From: a virus
Strand: one strand, 5' to 3'
DNA: 64,000 nt
Virus record (IMG/VR): IMGVR_UViG_3300045988_183236
Coordinates: 35,677-99,676 of that record
Position 1 is the stretch's first letter, and each line of letters begins with the position of its first letter. Shown here in pieces: positions 1 through 9,885 of the stretch. The notes beneath the pieces are model-generated. The model was not told the origin of the DNA. It ran no database searches and saw only the letters and a list, made by a program, of their open reading frames with translations. A program made the translations under genes and the position numbers.

Positions 1-412
1 GGATACCGTGGTACTGATAATGACCGAAAGCCAAAATCATGTTGAACACCGGATTCAGAAGGCAAAGACCAATCGTGAAACCAATACCTTCACCGAACGC
101 AACAGCTTTCTTGTAGTTGGTGATAGCACCGATGATGAGAGCAACGACCAGGAACAGATTGCCGAGCAGCGGGATACCGGACAAAAGGCTCAGCACGACC
201 GGAATCAGAAACAGCCAGCCGTTGCCCCAGTAGAGATTGAACCCAATGTAATTGCTGTAGAACGGGACGATGGATGCCCAGCCAGGCTGCCCGGCTTTCT
301 CGAAAATCTTCCAGTTTGCAACAATTTTGAGTACAAAATACGCCACTACCAAAAGAATCACCGTGTAGAGCATTCCGCCCAATAGATTAAGAGCGCTGTA
401 AGAATTATACAT
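1..412 (-). CDS. DUF5684-like small membrane protein (N-terminus at 412, C-terminus beyond window start)
   Basis: Minus-strand ATG at 412 preceded by GGAGG RBS (RC of 417-425); translation MYNSYSALNLLGGMLYTVILLVVAYFVLKIVANWKIFEKAGQPGWASIVPFYSNYIGF... hydrophobic with KIFEKAG..GW..IVPFYN motif typical of DUF5684; runs off window. Confidence 0.55.
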   Translation of the reverse strand, partial: MYNSYSALNLLGGMLYTVILLVVAYFVLKIVANWKIFEKAGQPGWASIVPFYSNYIGFNLYWGNGWLFLIPVVLSLLSGIPLLGNLFLVVALIIGAITNYKKAVAFGEGIGFTIGLCLLNPVFNMILAFGHYQYHGI

Positions 413-446
413 TTTATATCCTCCTCTTTCGGCATATGAAGCCGGA

Positions 447-788
447 TTATTCCTTCACTAAGTTCTTTGCCTGTCGCTGCCGCTCTGCAAGTTCTTTGCC
501 GCGTCTGACCAGTTCCGCATATTGCTCTTCGGTCAGCTTGCGAGGCGGCTTGATTTTGACCCATTTCTTGGGCATATCTGCCTCCATACACCAGTCCTCA
601 TCCCGCGTGATTTTAACAGCATCAGGGTATTCTTTGGCAAGCTCTTTTAGCTGTTCCATACGAGCTTTGTTGCAGGTGTAGTAGGATGCTTTCTTCTCTG
701 CATCATTGAATGTGATGATGGTTTCGCGTTCCCAGGGTCCATCAGATGCCTGCGTGGCCACTTTTTTATCGGGCATGATTTTTCTCAC
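447..788 (-). CDS. hypothetical protein
   Basis: 113 aa ORF, no recognisable domain. Confidence 0.45.
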   Translation of the reverse strand: MRKIMPDKKVATQASDGPWERETIITFNDAEKKASYYTCNKARMEQLKELAKEYPDAVKITRDEDWCMEADMPKKWVKIKPPRKLTEEQYAELVRRGKELAERQRQAKNLVKE

Positions 789-789
789 C

Positions 790-1005
790 TCAATCGAATA
801 AAATTGCCGACATAGCAGGCCCTTCGCAGATATACCCGCTCGCCTCGGCCCATTTCGGCGTCATGAGCTTGCCATTTGTTTTCACAAGCACCATCTTCCG
901 AGCAGAGGTATTCAGGAATTCCGCCGGAGCCCAGTTATTTCGCACAACGACGATAGCATTGTCGTCCGCGTTCTCAAGCATATGCTTCAGCTCTTTTACC
1001 GTCAC
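790..1005 (-). CDS. hypothetical protein
   Basis: 71 aa ORF tightly following upstream gene. Confidence 0.4.
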   Translation of the reverse strand: MTVKELKHMLENADDNAIVVVRNNWAPAEFLNTSARKMVLVKTNGKLMTPKWAEASGYICEGPAMSAILFD

Positions 1006-1009
1006 CGTG

Positions 1010-1306
1010 TCACCTCCCGTTCAACACATCATCCAGTGCCTGCAAGAAAACTCTGGATTCCTCATTGATTCCGCCGCGACACAGAACTTTCGCAATATCA
1101 TCAAATCCTACCAGGTACATGTTTTCTTCGCCCATGTACCCCTGCGGCCAGGGAACCGCGTAGTAGTTGTGTGGAACAGCACTGGTATCGTAACCCACTA
1201 CAATATATTTCTGGTCTGCAACATTTTTCACCGTCAGGATAGTGCCAAGTGGCAAAGCATCCTTCATAGAATGAGTAGTTGCAGGCATGATTCTCTGAAT
1301 TTTCAA
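1010..1306 (-). CDS. DUF4176-like protein
   Basis: 98 aa; LPLGTILTVKN...YIVVGY pattern resembles DUF4176 family; promoter motif at 1328-1356 just upstream. Confidence 0.5.
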   Translation of the reverse strand: MKIQRIMPATTHSMKDALPLGTILTVKNVADQKYIVVGYDTSAVPHNYYAVPWPQGYMGEENMYLVGFDDIAKVLCRGGINEESRVFLQALDDVLNGR

Positions 1307-1327
1307 AACAGCACCTCCCTAATTTTC

Positions 1328-1356
1328 ATTTTATGAGACTCGCACATTTGTGCAAC
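1328..1356 (-). promoter_or_regulatory. TGTGCGA-class promoter
   Basis: RC TTGCAC-aaa-TGTGCGAGT-ctca-TAAAAT. Confidence 0.5.
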
Positions 1357-1420
1357 AAAACTAAAAAACAAAAAAAGCGGCCGCTCCAAAAGGAACGACC
1401 GCAAAGATACGAGTCAGATA

Positions 1421-1906
1421 TTATTCATGGGAATCAGCTTTCCTGAAATCAGAAAGTTGATTCTCAGTGGAACACTGCACGAAAGGAATTCCCTTGCGCG
1501 GATTCACAAAAACGTCTGTGGTAGCAAACGCATTGCCAAAACTCATGTCACAGAAGACGACGTGAGAACTTTCGTCACCAGATGCACGGGGTGCAAAGCT
1601 GGTACATGCAAACCAATCCAATTCATCCTGCCCCTGTTCATCATAAAGATAAATGACGGGAGCCGGAATGTTGGGCGTCGGCATAGCCAGTGAGCCAACC
1701 TGCATTTCATTGACACAGAGGTCAATGGGCGGGTTCCCGTTCTGATAATCCCATTTGGGGTATGACTGAGCCCTGATGGTGGTGTCGCCATCATCTACCT
1801 CGACGCCAAGAGCAGCGATATCGAATGGAATACCGAGCTTTTCCTTGATTTCTTCCGGGGTGAAAGTTAGGGGCTTACCGTGTTCGCCTTGGATGTAGAG
1901 TCTCAT
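1421..1906 (-). CDS. hypothetical protein
   Basis: 161 aa ORF. Confidence 0.45.
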   Translation of the reverse strand: MRLYIQGEHGKPLTFTPEEIKEKLGIPFDIAALGVEVDDGDTTIRAQSYPKWDYQNGNPPIDLCVNEMQVGSLAMPTPNIPAPVIYLYDEQGQDELDWFACTSFAPRASGDESSHVVFCDMSFGNAFATTDVFVNPRKGIPFVQCSTENQLSDFRKADSHE

Positions 1907-1909
1907 GGC

Positions 1910-2482
1910 TTACTTTTCCTCCTTTTTCTTGTCGGCGTTCAGAATCTTTTCCAGAACGTCGTTATAAAAATCGTCAAGGAACAGACCGGTTTCTTCATCC
2001 GCTTCCGGAGCAGTGAAAACACCGTCTCCTTCAGCTGAATCCTGTACAGCGTCGAAGACACCGATTGTGCCCCAAAGCTCATCGGCCAGATGGTCATAGC
2101 CGAGGTCCTTTACTTTTGCCGAGAGGTCAATCAGCAGCATTTTCTGCCGAAAGAACTTGTTCATATCCAGGCCAATGTAGGGTTTTGCTGCGGTATTGCT
2201 TTTCTGAGACTTTACTTTGAAAATACCCCAGTCAAAATTGCTGTCTGCGCCGTACATATACCCGGATGCGAGGCAGAAGCCTTCAGCAGCACTGTCCTCA
2301 ACGTTGATACCGACTTCATAATCGCTTCCGGAATCTTCATCCAGGTTAATCGCAGAGCCTGTTGCCTTTTCGTACTCTGCCTCAACGTCAGTTTTCATGG
2401 CTGCCAGTAGAGCGTTGAAATCGGTATTCTGGGAAAGCAAGTTCATGCTTTCGCCTTCCTGGTTTTTAATGAGAATGTACAT
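1910..2482 (-). CDS. hypothetical acidic protein
   Basis: 190 aa ORF, D/E-rich. Confidence 0.45.
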   Translation of the reverse strand: MYILIKNQEGESMNLLSQNTDFNALLAAMKTDVEAEYEKATGSAINLDEDSGSDYEVGINVEDSAAEGFCLASGYMYGADSNFDWGIFKVKSQKSNTAAKPYIGLDMNKFFRQKMLLIDLSAKVKDLGYDHLADELWGTIGVFDAVQDSAEGDGVFTAPEADEETGLFLDDFYNDVLEKILNADKKKEEK

Positions 2483-2501
2483 AGTATTTACCTCCTAACA
2501 A

Positions 2502-2783
2502 TCAAATCATGCTATCAGACAATTTGTCGATAGCTGCCGTGATGGCTTCGTTTTCCATCTGAGTAATACGCTCAAACAGATGAGACCAGTCGATGGCATC
2601 ATAGACACGCTTGACAAACGCATCATAGGTGCCACCGGCCTTCATCATTTCAATTTCAGACTCATAGCAGCCGGGCTCCTCAAGTATGAACTTGATATCG
2701 TCGGTTGGGTTGATTTGTATTGCTGCTTCGTACTCATTCATTTTGATTATTTCCTTTCTTTTATACGCAAAAAGGCGAACCAC
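2502..2783 (-). CDS. hypothetical protein
   Basis: 93 aa ORF followed by terminator 2765-2800 region and preceded by promoter 2872-2899. Confidence 0.45.
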   Translation of the reverse strand: MVRLFAYKRKEIIKMNEYEAAIQINPTDDIKFILEEPGCYESEIEMMKAGGTYDAFVKRVYDAIDWSHLFERITQMENEAITAAIDKLSDSMI

Positions 2784-2800
2784 CCAAATGGGAAGTTCGC
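2765..2800 (-). terminator. rho-independent terminator with CCCAUUUGGGUG loop
   Basis: RC GGCGAAC-uucccauuugggug-GUUCGCC + UUUUUGCG. Confidence 0.55.
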
Positions 2801-2871
2801 CTAAAGCGCATTGTTAAGTGTGCGAAGGGCAGGGTGCCTTTTCGATAACTGTTATCTATCGTACATTTTTG

Positions 2872-2899
2872 ATTATAGGCCGTTCGCATAAATCTGCAA
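2872..2899 (-). promoter_or_regulatory. TGCGAAC-class promoter
   Basis: RC TTGCAG-att-TATGCGAAC-ggcc-TATAAT. Confidence 0.5.
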
Positions 2900-2904
2900 C
2901 AAAA

Positions 2905-2937
2905 AACCGCCACCCAAATGGGCAGCGGTAATGAAAA
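2905..2937 (-). terminator. rho-independent terminator with CCCAUUUGGGUG loop
   Basis: RC CCGC-ugcccauuugggug-GCGG + UUUUUUG. Confidence 0.5.
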
Positions 2938-2938
2938 A

Positions 2939-3223
2939 TTAAATTTCAGCGCAGAACATCGCGAGTTTCTGCCACAGCAAATAGGTGCTGTATCTCATGC
3001 GTACCTTTTCAGGAACACCAGTAACCAAACACCATTTGTGAGCAGTGGCTTTGATGCGGGGAATCTGCCTCTGTTCGGCTTCGGTAAACGTCTTGCTGTA
3101 TAGTCTGCGACGGCGTCCGGAATTCCAAAAGGCTCCTTCCATCGTTTCGCAAATCAGAGCGTACGCCAAATAGCTTTGGGCTTCTTCGTGAGTCAATGTA
3201 ACCATCGTTTTCATGGCTGTCAC
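2939..3223 (-). CDS. hypothetical protein
   Basis: 94 aa ORF. Confidence 0.4.
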   Translation of the reverse strand: MTAMKTMVTLTHEEAQSYLAYALICETMEGAFWNSGRRRRLYSKTFTEAEQRQIPRIKATAHKWCLVTGVPEKVRMRYSTYLLWQKLAMFCAEI

Positions 3224-3795
3224 CCTGCCTTTCTCTCATTGCGAGCCATGTGCAGCGCATAATCAAGCGCGTCAGGGTCATCGGCCAAGAATTTCGTTTT
3301 CTGAAGTGTACCAAGCTTGGGATGCTTCAGAATCGTATAGTTGCCATTGTTCTGGACAAGGGAACCTTTATCATAGACAAGCTCGACCTTTTCGGCAGGT
3401 ACTGCGTAACGGCGAATGCGGTCACATTCATCCGCATAGTTGATGGGAGTGATATAGCCAACTGGCTTTTGTCCTTCCATCCCTGTCACAGTGACCAGAA
3501 AAGCCTTAATGGTCCGGGCTTCTTCCTCTTCCTGCTCATCATAGTATTTGAACGTGATGAACATGGGAGTATCTTTCTTGTACGCATCTTCCTCAGGGCA
3601 GAGATACGTTCCACAAGAGCGGCAGAACCAGAGCATCGATACGGGCTTTCCAGTTTCCTGCGCTTCTTTTGCATAGCGCTTAAAAATCTTTATGTCCAGC
3701 TTGAAATCCTCGGTGTAATGCTCAACCGTGCTTTTCACGATGAGTTTCAGAAAATTACAGATGGAAATAGCGGTCATAGTCATATTGGAAGTCAT
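3220..3795 (-). CDS. hypothetical protein with Cys-x2-Cys...Cys cluster
   Basis: 191 aa; CRSCGTYLC motif. Confidence 0.45.
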   Translation of the reverse strand: MTSNMTMTAISICNFLKLIVKSTVEHYTEDFKLDIKIFKRYAKEAQETGKPVSMLWFCRSCGTYLCPEEDAYKKDTPMFITFKYYDEQEEEEARTIKAFLVTVTGMEGQKPVGYITPINYADECDRIRRYAVPAEKVELVYDKGSLVQNNGNYTILKHPKLGTLQKTKFLADDPDALDYALHMARNERKAG

Positions 3796-3810
3796 AATAA
3801 AATCTCCTTT

Positions 3811-4830
3811 TTAGTCAACCATAACTTTAGAAATATTCATGTCATAGCGGTTGAATTTAGAAATATAGTCAAAAATGATATTTACTTGAGCTTTTGTTGC
3901 GGTTTTGGTCTCATCCATATCGAGGAATGTATTGCCCATCGAAGGATTACGAATGGCAATCCAACCGCGTTTATATAGGAAATCGAGACCCTTGCCGCTC
4001 CAGTCATACGCCATATTGAGAACTTCATGGTCAGAAAGACCAAACGTTTCTCGATTGCGCATGATGATGCGGCCAGCCAGGGCAGCGTGCTCGCCAAACT
4101 CGCAGGCATACCAGGTGCCATCGGGAGCAATCAGACCATATTCGGTCAGCTGATGCTGAATGGGTCTATCACTGATATAGCTGTTGTACAGTCGCTGACG
4201 GCGTTCAACGGATGTGCCTTTCATGTTTGCTTCAATCCAAGAGGCAAGCTTGGTCCAAAAATCGGTTTTGTAGAATTCCGGGTTGGATTCCTGCTCAGGA
4301 AGCGGTTCGCCATTGAATTCTGCAACAAGGTCTGGGTGGGTAAAAAGCCATGCACCGTTGTTGAATGCATCAGAATAACCCGTTTTCCCATAGAGGAAGC
4401 ACTTGATACCGTCATAGCTGCAATCGATATAATGATGTTTTGCATTGGTGCAGAGCGTTTCATAGCTATCAGTCATAGCAAAGCGGTCAACATAATTGAG
4501 CGGGTGTGCAATCATATCCTCACGAATTTGATTGACCAGCATCCTGTGTTGAAGCTCCTCAACCTTCTGCCCGAGGGAACGAACATGAGCATTGTCATCG
4601 ACAAGTTCAAACTCATTGACACCAACAAGTTTTTTCCGGCCTTCGATAATGTCCTGGCAAACATGCCTTTTTTCTTCCTCGTTGCCACCCATCATGCAGG
4701 AGAGCAGCAGCTCCTCACACTTTTTATACGGTTTGTCCATATTCCAGAACCAGTCACGTGCAATGGCGGTGAGGAACTCACCATCCATACTGAAATGTAG
4801 TTGTTCACCCATGTTGGGTAACCTCCCCAA
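3811..4830 (-). CDS. hypothetical protein
   Basis: 339 aa ORF, no recognised domain. Confidence 0.5.
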   Translation of the reverse strand: MGRLPNMGEQLHFSMDGEFLTAIARDWFWNMDKPYKKCEELLLSCMMGGNEEEKRHVCQDIIEGRKKLVGVNEFELVDDNAHVRSLGQKVEELQHRMLVNQIREDMIAHPLNYVDRFAMTDSYETLCTNAKHHYIDCSYDGIKCFLYGKTGYSDAFNNGAWLFTHPDLVAEFNGEPLPEQESNPEFYKTDFWTKLASWIEANMKGTSVERRQRLYNSYISDRPIQHQLTEYGLIAPDGTWYACEFGEHAALAGRIIMRNRETFGLSDHEVLNMAYDWSGKGLDFLYKRGWIAIRNPSMGNTFLDMDETKTATKAQVNIIFDYISKFNRYDMNISKVMVD

Positions 4831-4833
4831 TTG

Positions 4834-5361
4834 TTATGTGTTGTTCTCGACAAAGTCTTCGCATTCCTCGCTGGTCAAAACCACGCCGAAATAGGCAACA
4901 CGCTTGACGGTGGTTTCCCACACGCGAACGGTGCGTGCCATTGGCTGAACGACCCAGGAATGACAGCGCCAGAGCCCGTCTTCGGAAAGAGCATAGCCCG
5001 TTGCAATAAAGCACCGGTCTTTGTTTTTATACCAAAGCCGTGCAGAATTGTAATGGCACTGGCAATCCTGGCCTTTCCTCATATAGCTGCTGCCATAAAA
5101 GAACCGGCCGCGTTTGAGGATTTTTGGGGCGTCTTCGTCAAATTCCGTCATGCAGACTTCATCCCCGCCAAATGTGAGGATTTTGTCATGCAGCTTCTTC
5201 ATAGCATCGAGCGTTTGAGTATCGAAACCAGAAGAGGTGTTGTAAATCTGGCTTTTGGTAAGCCGCATTTTCCAATCCTCGTTCATTGGGTTCCAATGAA
5301 TCGGCGCAGGCATCTGGTTTGCGGTGAGAATGGGGTGCTTAGAACTATTCCAGCCTTTCAT
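4834..5361 (-). CDS. hypothetical protein
   Basis: 175 aa ORF. Confidence 0.45.
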   Translation of the reverse strand: MKGWNSSKHPILTANQMPAPIHWNPMNEDWKMRLTKSQIYNTSSGFDTQTLDAMKKLHDKILTFGGDEVCMTEFDEDAPKILKRGRFFYGSSYMRKGQDCQCHYNSARLWYKNKDRCFIATGYALSEDGLWRCHSWVVQPMARTVRVWETTVKRVAYFGVVLTSEECEDFVENNT

Positions 5362-5942
5362 TACAATTTCTCCCTGATAGAACGCAGACAGCTCAGGATT
5401 TTTGCATACAAACGGTAACGATTTTCGCCGCTCGGTACAAAGTCACCAAGCTTTTTGGAAATGAGAAGTTTATCAAATACCTCCATAATATCAAAGACGG
5501 TGAACAGCTTGTATTGTGCATTTATATGATTCACACGGAACTCGACATCTTCGACAAGATGCCAATATTCCATGCCATACAACATCGCGCCGCTTTCGTT
5601 TGCTTTTCGGTCTTGCTCCTCGTCTGCATCGTCACACACAATATAGACACCGTTTTCGTCGAGATAGTTTTCGAAGACGTCGCAGATATCGGAGGCAATA
5701 GAACGGATATCGGAATTTGCCTTCACCTCAGGTTCATGCTGGACGGCTTCAACTTTGTACTCGATACTGTCGTGACGAAGTGACTCTTCGATACCATCAA
5801 AAACGATGTCCGCGTAGTCTTTATCATCCCGACACGCTTCGAAAATGTTTTTGACGGATTCGATTGCCTCTTTGGAATCGGAGCTTCCCTCAACAGAGAA
5901 CTCCAAAGGAACCAAGGCAACAACTTTGTATTTATTTTTCAT
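5361..5942 (-). CDS. hypothetical acidic protein
   Basis: 193 aa ORF. Confidence 0.45.
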   Translation of the reverse strand: MKNKYKVVALVPLEFSVEGSSDSKEAIESVKNIFEACRDDKDYADIVFDGIEESLRHDSIEYKVEAVQHEPEVKANSDIRSIASDICDVFENYLDENGVYIVCDDADEEQDRKANESGAMLYGMEYWHLVEDVEFRVNHINAQYKLFTVFDIMEVFDKLLISKKLGDFVPSGENRYRLYAKILSCLRSIREKL

Positions 5943-5954
5943 GGTTTTTTCTCC

Positions 5955-6125
5955 TTAATTTAACAGGATGCCGCAGCATTTGTTCAAGGCAAGTACGCTT
6001 GCAGCGAGAACAGCAACCTTCTCAAAGGTAATGCTCTCCGCAATTGCACAGACGCTCATAACAATGAGCAGAACAGCTGCCACAGCAGATACTATTACTA
6101 TCTGACTCTTGATGCCGGTTTTCAT
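5955..6125 (-). CDS. small hydrophobic peptide (56 aa), possible membrane protein
   Basis: Not in ORF track (<60 aa); ATG at 6125 with AGAGAAAAAG upstream; MKTGIKSQIVIVSAVAAVLLIVMSVCAIAESITFEKVAVLAASVLALNKCCGILLN. Confidence 0.3.
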   Translation of the reverse strand: MKTGIKSQIVIVSAVAAVLLIVMSVCAIAESITFEKVAVLAASVLALNKCCGILLN

Positions 6126-6152
6126 GAGCTTTTTCTCTTTCTGTTTATGCCC

Positions 6153-6488
6153 TTATCGGAGCATATCAATGATTTTTCCAACCAACTCATCATTGGTCAC
6201 GAACTGATTACGTCCTTTTGCACCGAGCGATACAGAGGAGTAATCTTTCATACTGGCGGCATAGCGAACCAGGTTCTTGTCAGACAAGGGCTGATAGCAA
6301 CTCTTTTCAGTGCTGACGTAAACGCACTTATTGTTGAGAACGTTCTGAATGTGGCCAGAGCAGCCAACACGCTTACCGTTGATGATGATGTTGTGTAGGT
6401 TATGGGTTAGCATAAGGTCTTTGCTTTCGGTTTCTTTTACCTTTAACTGGTTCAAGAGTTTTCGGGGCAGATAAACGGTTGTTTTCAT
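6153..6488 (-). CDS. hypothetical protein
   Basis: 111 aa ORF. Confidence 0.45.
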   Translation of the reverse strand: MKTTVYLPRKLLNQLKVKETESKDLMLTHNLHNIIINGKRVGCSGHIQNVLNNKCVYVSTEKSCYQPLSDKNLVRYAASMKDYSSVSLGAKGRNQFVTNDELVGKIIDMLR

Positions 6489-6505
6489 TGTGATTTTCTC
6501 CTAAT

Positions 6506-7300
6506 TCAAATGAAGTATTTGTAAGCGGCAGTTAAGCGTTTGCGGTACAGGTCTAACGTGGTCAGCCCTCCTGCATAGACTTTGCGGGAAGAGATTATCA
6601 CGTTGGTTCCTGCTTCCATATGGGAGAAGAACATCGAAAGGCAATCTTCCAGGCTGTCGCTTGTAGTGAGAGTTTCGTACACCGGATATGAGTATTTGGC
6701 GGCCTTGCTGTATGTGCTATTGAGCTCATACACGAAGAACATCACCTGTCCCGTAACGGTGTTGGGGTCATAGCCATTGCCATAACACCAGTTGAAAAGG
6801 TCTGTCTTTCGGCTATAAGTCCATTGCAGGAGTCCATAGCCGCCATCCGAAGGGTTTTCGGCCGAGGCTTTAAGGCCGCTTTCCATCGACATGCAGCCCA
6901 TCACTGCGGCAGTACCGGCCTTGGAAAGACCCACATCCCGCAATGCTGTGTAGATGGCGTACTCATTGTCAGAAAGGTTCTGAGGAATCGTGTTCGTCAC
7001 AGGTTCTTCTGCAGGTTCCACCGCAGTCTCTGCCGTCTCTACAGAGGGCTCAGATTCAGGCTCCGTCTCAGTCGTTTCCGGTTCAGGTACAGGCAGTACC
7101 GGCGCGAAAGGCGGCTGAGCGTTGAGCTCCCGAAGATGGACCTCCAACGGCGTGACATACTCGATATCGGAATCGTTAGCTGTCTTTACCGGCGTAGCAT
7201 ACGCAGGCGTCGAGAAAAAGCAGGCTATGCAGCCGATAATGGTGATAACGCTGAGCATGAAAGCGATGGTTCCGGCATAGAATTTCAATTTGTCGTTCAT
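6506..7300 (-). CDS. membrane-anchored peptidoglycan hydrolase-like protein (phage-tail-type lysozyme fold)
   Basis: Likely start MNDKLKF at 7300 (AAGGAG RBS); TM segment, Pro/Glu/Thr-rich linker, then ...DGGYGLLQW... motif characteristic of phage-tail lysozyme / CwlT-like hydrolases. Confidence 0.5.
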   Translation of the reverse strand: MNDKLKFYAGTIAFMLSVITIIGCIACFFSTPAYATPVKTANDSDIEYVTPLEVHLRELNAQPPFAPVLPVPEPETTETEPESEPSVETAETAVEPAEEPVTNTIPQNLSDNEYAIYTALRDVGLSKAGTAAVMGCMSMESGLKASAENPSDGGYGLLQWTYSRKTDLFNWCYGNGYDPNTVTGQVMFFVYELNSTYSKAAKYSYPVYETLTTSDSLEDCLSMFFSHMEAGTNVIISSRKVYAGGLTTLDLYRKRLTAAYKYFI

Positions 7301-7382
7301 TGTGATTACTCCTTTAAATAAAGTTCCCGCCGACAATAACTGTCTGGCGGGATGTGATAGATGTTCGGTTGTTGGAAAAACT

Positions 7383-7580
7383 TCATGCTTCACGAACTAC
7401 GATGGCGGTAAATCCGCTGTTGGCAAGATACCGATACGCTGCATCATAGGCGTCGCTGAGCGTTGGGGCTTTAACATACCCGATAAAATCGAAGCAGATA
7501 ACCATGCCGGAAAAACCTGGGTTACCGGCATAGATGGCGAAGCGGGTGTTTTTTGGAGTAAAATGTTTGGAAATAGACAT
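7383..7580 (-). CDS. hypothetical small protein
   Basis: 65 aa ORF. Confidence 0.35.
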   Translation of the reverse strand: MSISKHFTPKNTRFAIYAGNPGFSGMVICFDFIGYVKAPTLSDAYDAAYRYLANSGFTAIVVREA

Positions 7581-7794
7581 AGCGGACCTCCTTATCAGTC
7601 GCTGTTAAAATGGGTGGATGACGGCTTCCTGAAAACAAAAAAGGCAGGCCCATCATGAAGATGAGTCTGCCTTGAATGAGAACAGAATTATGAATTGTAC
7701 GAGCACGCGGTGTGCAAAGTAGATGTTATCTGTCGTACAACTTTAATACTATGGAATTCGCAAGGATGTGCAAGAGTTTTTGAGGTTCTTCTTT

Positions 7795-8334
7795 TTAGGC
7801 TTCATTGAGCCATTTCTGAGTGATATCCTTGATTTGGTTCTGGAATTTCGGGTCCGGCAATGCTTTTCTTTCTGTCCAAATTGAATTTCGGACGATTGGG
7901 TAATCGTACACGACGCCGTCAACGATATAGGGCCAAAGAACAACTTCACCACCCACAAGCCAAAGTTTCTGGATTTTGACGGGTTTCTCGTATCTTGTGA
8001 GCCAGCATTCACTGGTCACGACAGAATCCGCCACATATTTCTGTGTTTCTTCCTCGGTCAAGAGATTCGGGTCTTCGTCCTTGATGTTGTACATTCGGAC
8101 AATGAACGGTAACGGCATGTCCTTGGAGTATTTTTTGTTCCGACGCAGCTCAGCGAGCAGGAATTTTGAGACAAAATGCGCAATGCCGATGCTGGTCAGG
8201 CAGTCGTCAAGGGTATGCCCAAGACAAATTCTTGGGATTTCCTGGTCCTCCCCTTTCATCCGATTCGTTGGTATCTGCGGAACGACATCGTCCGGCAGGC
8301 ATCCGGTGTCTGCCATGATATGATAAAGAATCAT
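7795..8334 (-). CDS. hypothetical protein
   Basis: 179 aa ORF. Confidence 0.45.
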   Translation of the reverse strand: MILYHIMADTGCLPDDVVPQIPTNRMKGEDQEIPRICLGHTLDDCLTSIGIAHFVSKFLLAELRRNKKYSKDMPLPFIVRMYNIKDEDPNLLTEEETQKYVADSVVTSECWLTRYEKPVKIQKLWLVGGEVVLWPYIVDGVVYDYPIVRNSIWTERKALPDPKFQNQIKDITQKWLNEA

Positions 8335-8468
8335 TGATGTTTCCTCCTGAAATAGAAAAAATAGCAGGCCCTCAAGAATCGAGAGTCTGCTTTGTTTGCA
8401 CGATTTATTCTATCGTGCAGTAGATGTTTTGCTTGGTCCGCACACGCAGACAGCCCAACAGGCATCGT

Positions 8469-8936
8469 TCAGAACGTCTTGTCGTCAGGAACTAGCAGAT
8501 ACATCCAGGACTGTGGTGCTCGCTTAACGCCGAGCTCTCGCAGCGACATATCCATAGATTGGACATCAGAAACGTTCCAGCAATAAAGAGTGCCGGACTT
8601 ATTGCCGTATGCAATCAGCTCATTTGCGGTAAGGCAGCTGTCCTTCACGAATTGAGCGGTCTTTGCGGTCACTTCCGTACCAATAGCATATGCCGGAAGC
8701 TCACGCAGGCAATCGAGTGTATTGATGTCACGGCAAACAAATGCGGCAGTCACTTTTCCAGCACCACCGTTAGCTTTGGTTTCGTAGCAAAATACTACAA
8801 AAGGATAGCTAATTTCCCACGGCATAGTTTTTCGGACCTCAATAGTCTTTTCTCCGCTCAGAATTTTTTCAAGCCATTGCTTCTTGATGCTGAGAAGAAC
8901 GGCTTTATTCGAGTTAATTTCAAGGGCTTTATTCAT
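8469..8936 (-). CDS. ASCH domain protein
   Basis: LSIKKQWLEKILSGEKTIEVRKT matches ASCH/PUA-like N-terminal signature. Confidence 0.6.
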   Translation of the reverse strand: MNKALEINSNKAVLLSIKKQWLEKILSGEKTIEVRKTMPWEISYPFVVFCYETKANGGAGKVTAAFVCRDINTLDCLRELPAYAIGTEVTAKTAQFVKDSCLTANELIAYGNKSGTLYCWNVSDVQSMDMSLRELGVKRAPQSWMYLLVPDDKTF

Positions 8937-9239
8937 ATGTCAACAACCTCCACCTGAAGGAGGGGCTTAAAATCCCGCAGGATTCCAATAATTCTCACTC
9001 AATGGATTTTTACAGCACGGTTCCGTCCGTGCGACCAAGTATCTATGAGCTTTCACCGCTGTTGCGGGCGGCATAGCGGGAGTGAGGAAATTGGATTTAT
9101 GCGGGATATAATCCCAACAATCCAACATTACGTATGTTTATAGCGGCATTGTGGTCGCGGTTATGTGTTGTACCGCAGCCACTGCATGTCCAACTTCTGT
9201 CTGCCAGTGTAAGGTCATCTTTTATAAGACCACCATTTC

Positions 9240-9791
9240 TTAAACTATGTATGCATCACAATGCTGCTTTTTCCAGTACAGGTCATCGATGATATCCGAA
9301 AGGTACTGGTTTTGCTTTAAGACGAAAAACGATACCGGATTATGCTTTACGATGAAACCAAGTCCCGTTCGTTCATCGTAAATATCTTTCATGTGGTTCA
9401 GCCACTTTGAAAAATTTTTGATATGGGAATTATCTCGAAGTATAAACCTGCCGAACCATTGCTGCTTAATGATTTGTCTTTCCTTTGCTCGCTCTTTGGA
9501 TTCTTGTTCATTCCATACGATATTGTCAGGTTCGACAATTACATAGGGAATCTTCTGCCTATCCATTTCGTCTATGACGGATTCCGTTTGGCAAACGAAG
9601 ATAAAATCATATTTTCCTGATTTTGCCTCTTTCATGAAGCTATTTATGTATTCTTTTTCCCATCCGGCAGTTTTTTCATAAGTAGAACTATCACTATCCC
9701 GCATTGAATAGCCATATTTGTTTTGGTGATTCGCGAGCCATGTTTTTCCGCAGCCCGCAAATACGCTTACGACCATTGTTCGTCTCATCAA
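9240..9791 (-). CDS. P-loop NTPase/kinase-like protein
   Basis: Walker A-like VFAGCGKTW near N-terminus; 183 aa. Confidence 0.5.
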   Translation of the reverse strand: MMRRTMVVSVFAGCGKTWLANHQNKYGYSMRDSDSSTYEKTAGWEKEYINSFMKEAKSGKYDFIFVCQTESVIDEMDRQKIPYVIVEPDNIVWNEQESKERAKERQIIKQQWFGRFILRDNSHIKNFSKWLNHMKDIYDERTGLGFIVKHNPVSFFVLKQNQYLSDIIDDLYWKKQHCDAYIV

Positions 9792-9885
9792 TCAGGGCAA
9801 TTCCTTTCTTTGAAAATAAAATATATTTTGTATGGCAACAAAGACCATAGCGACTATGAAAGCACCACTACGAATAGAGGCGCTC

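Noticed and set aside
8-385. 125-aa plus-strand ORF at window start
   Set aside because: Antisense to a well-supported minus-strand DUF5684-like membrane gene with RBS; low-complexity translation.
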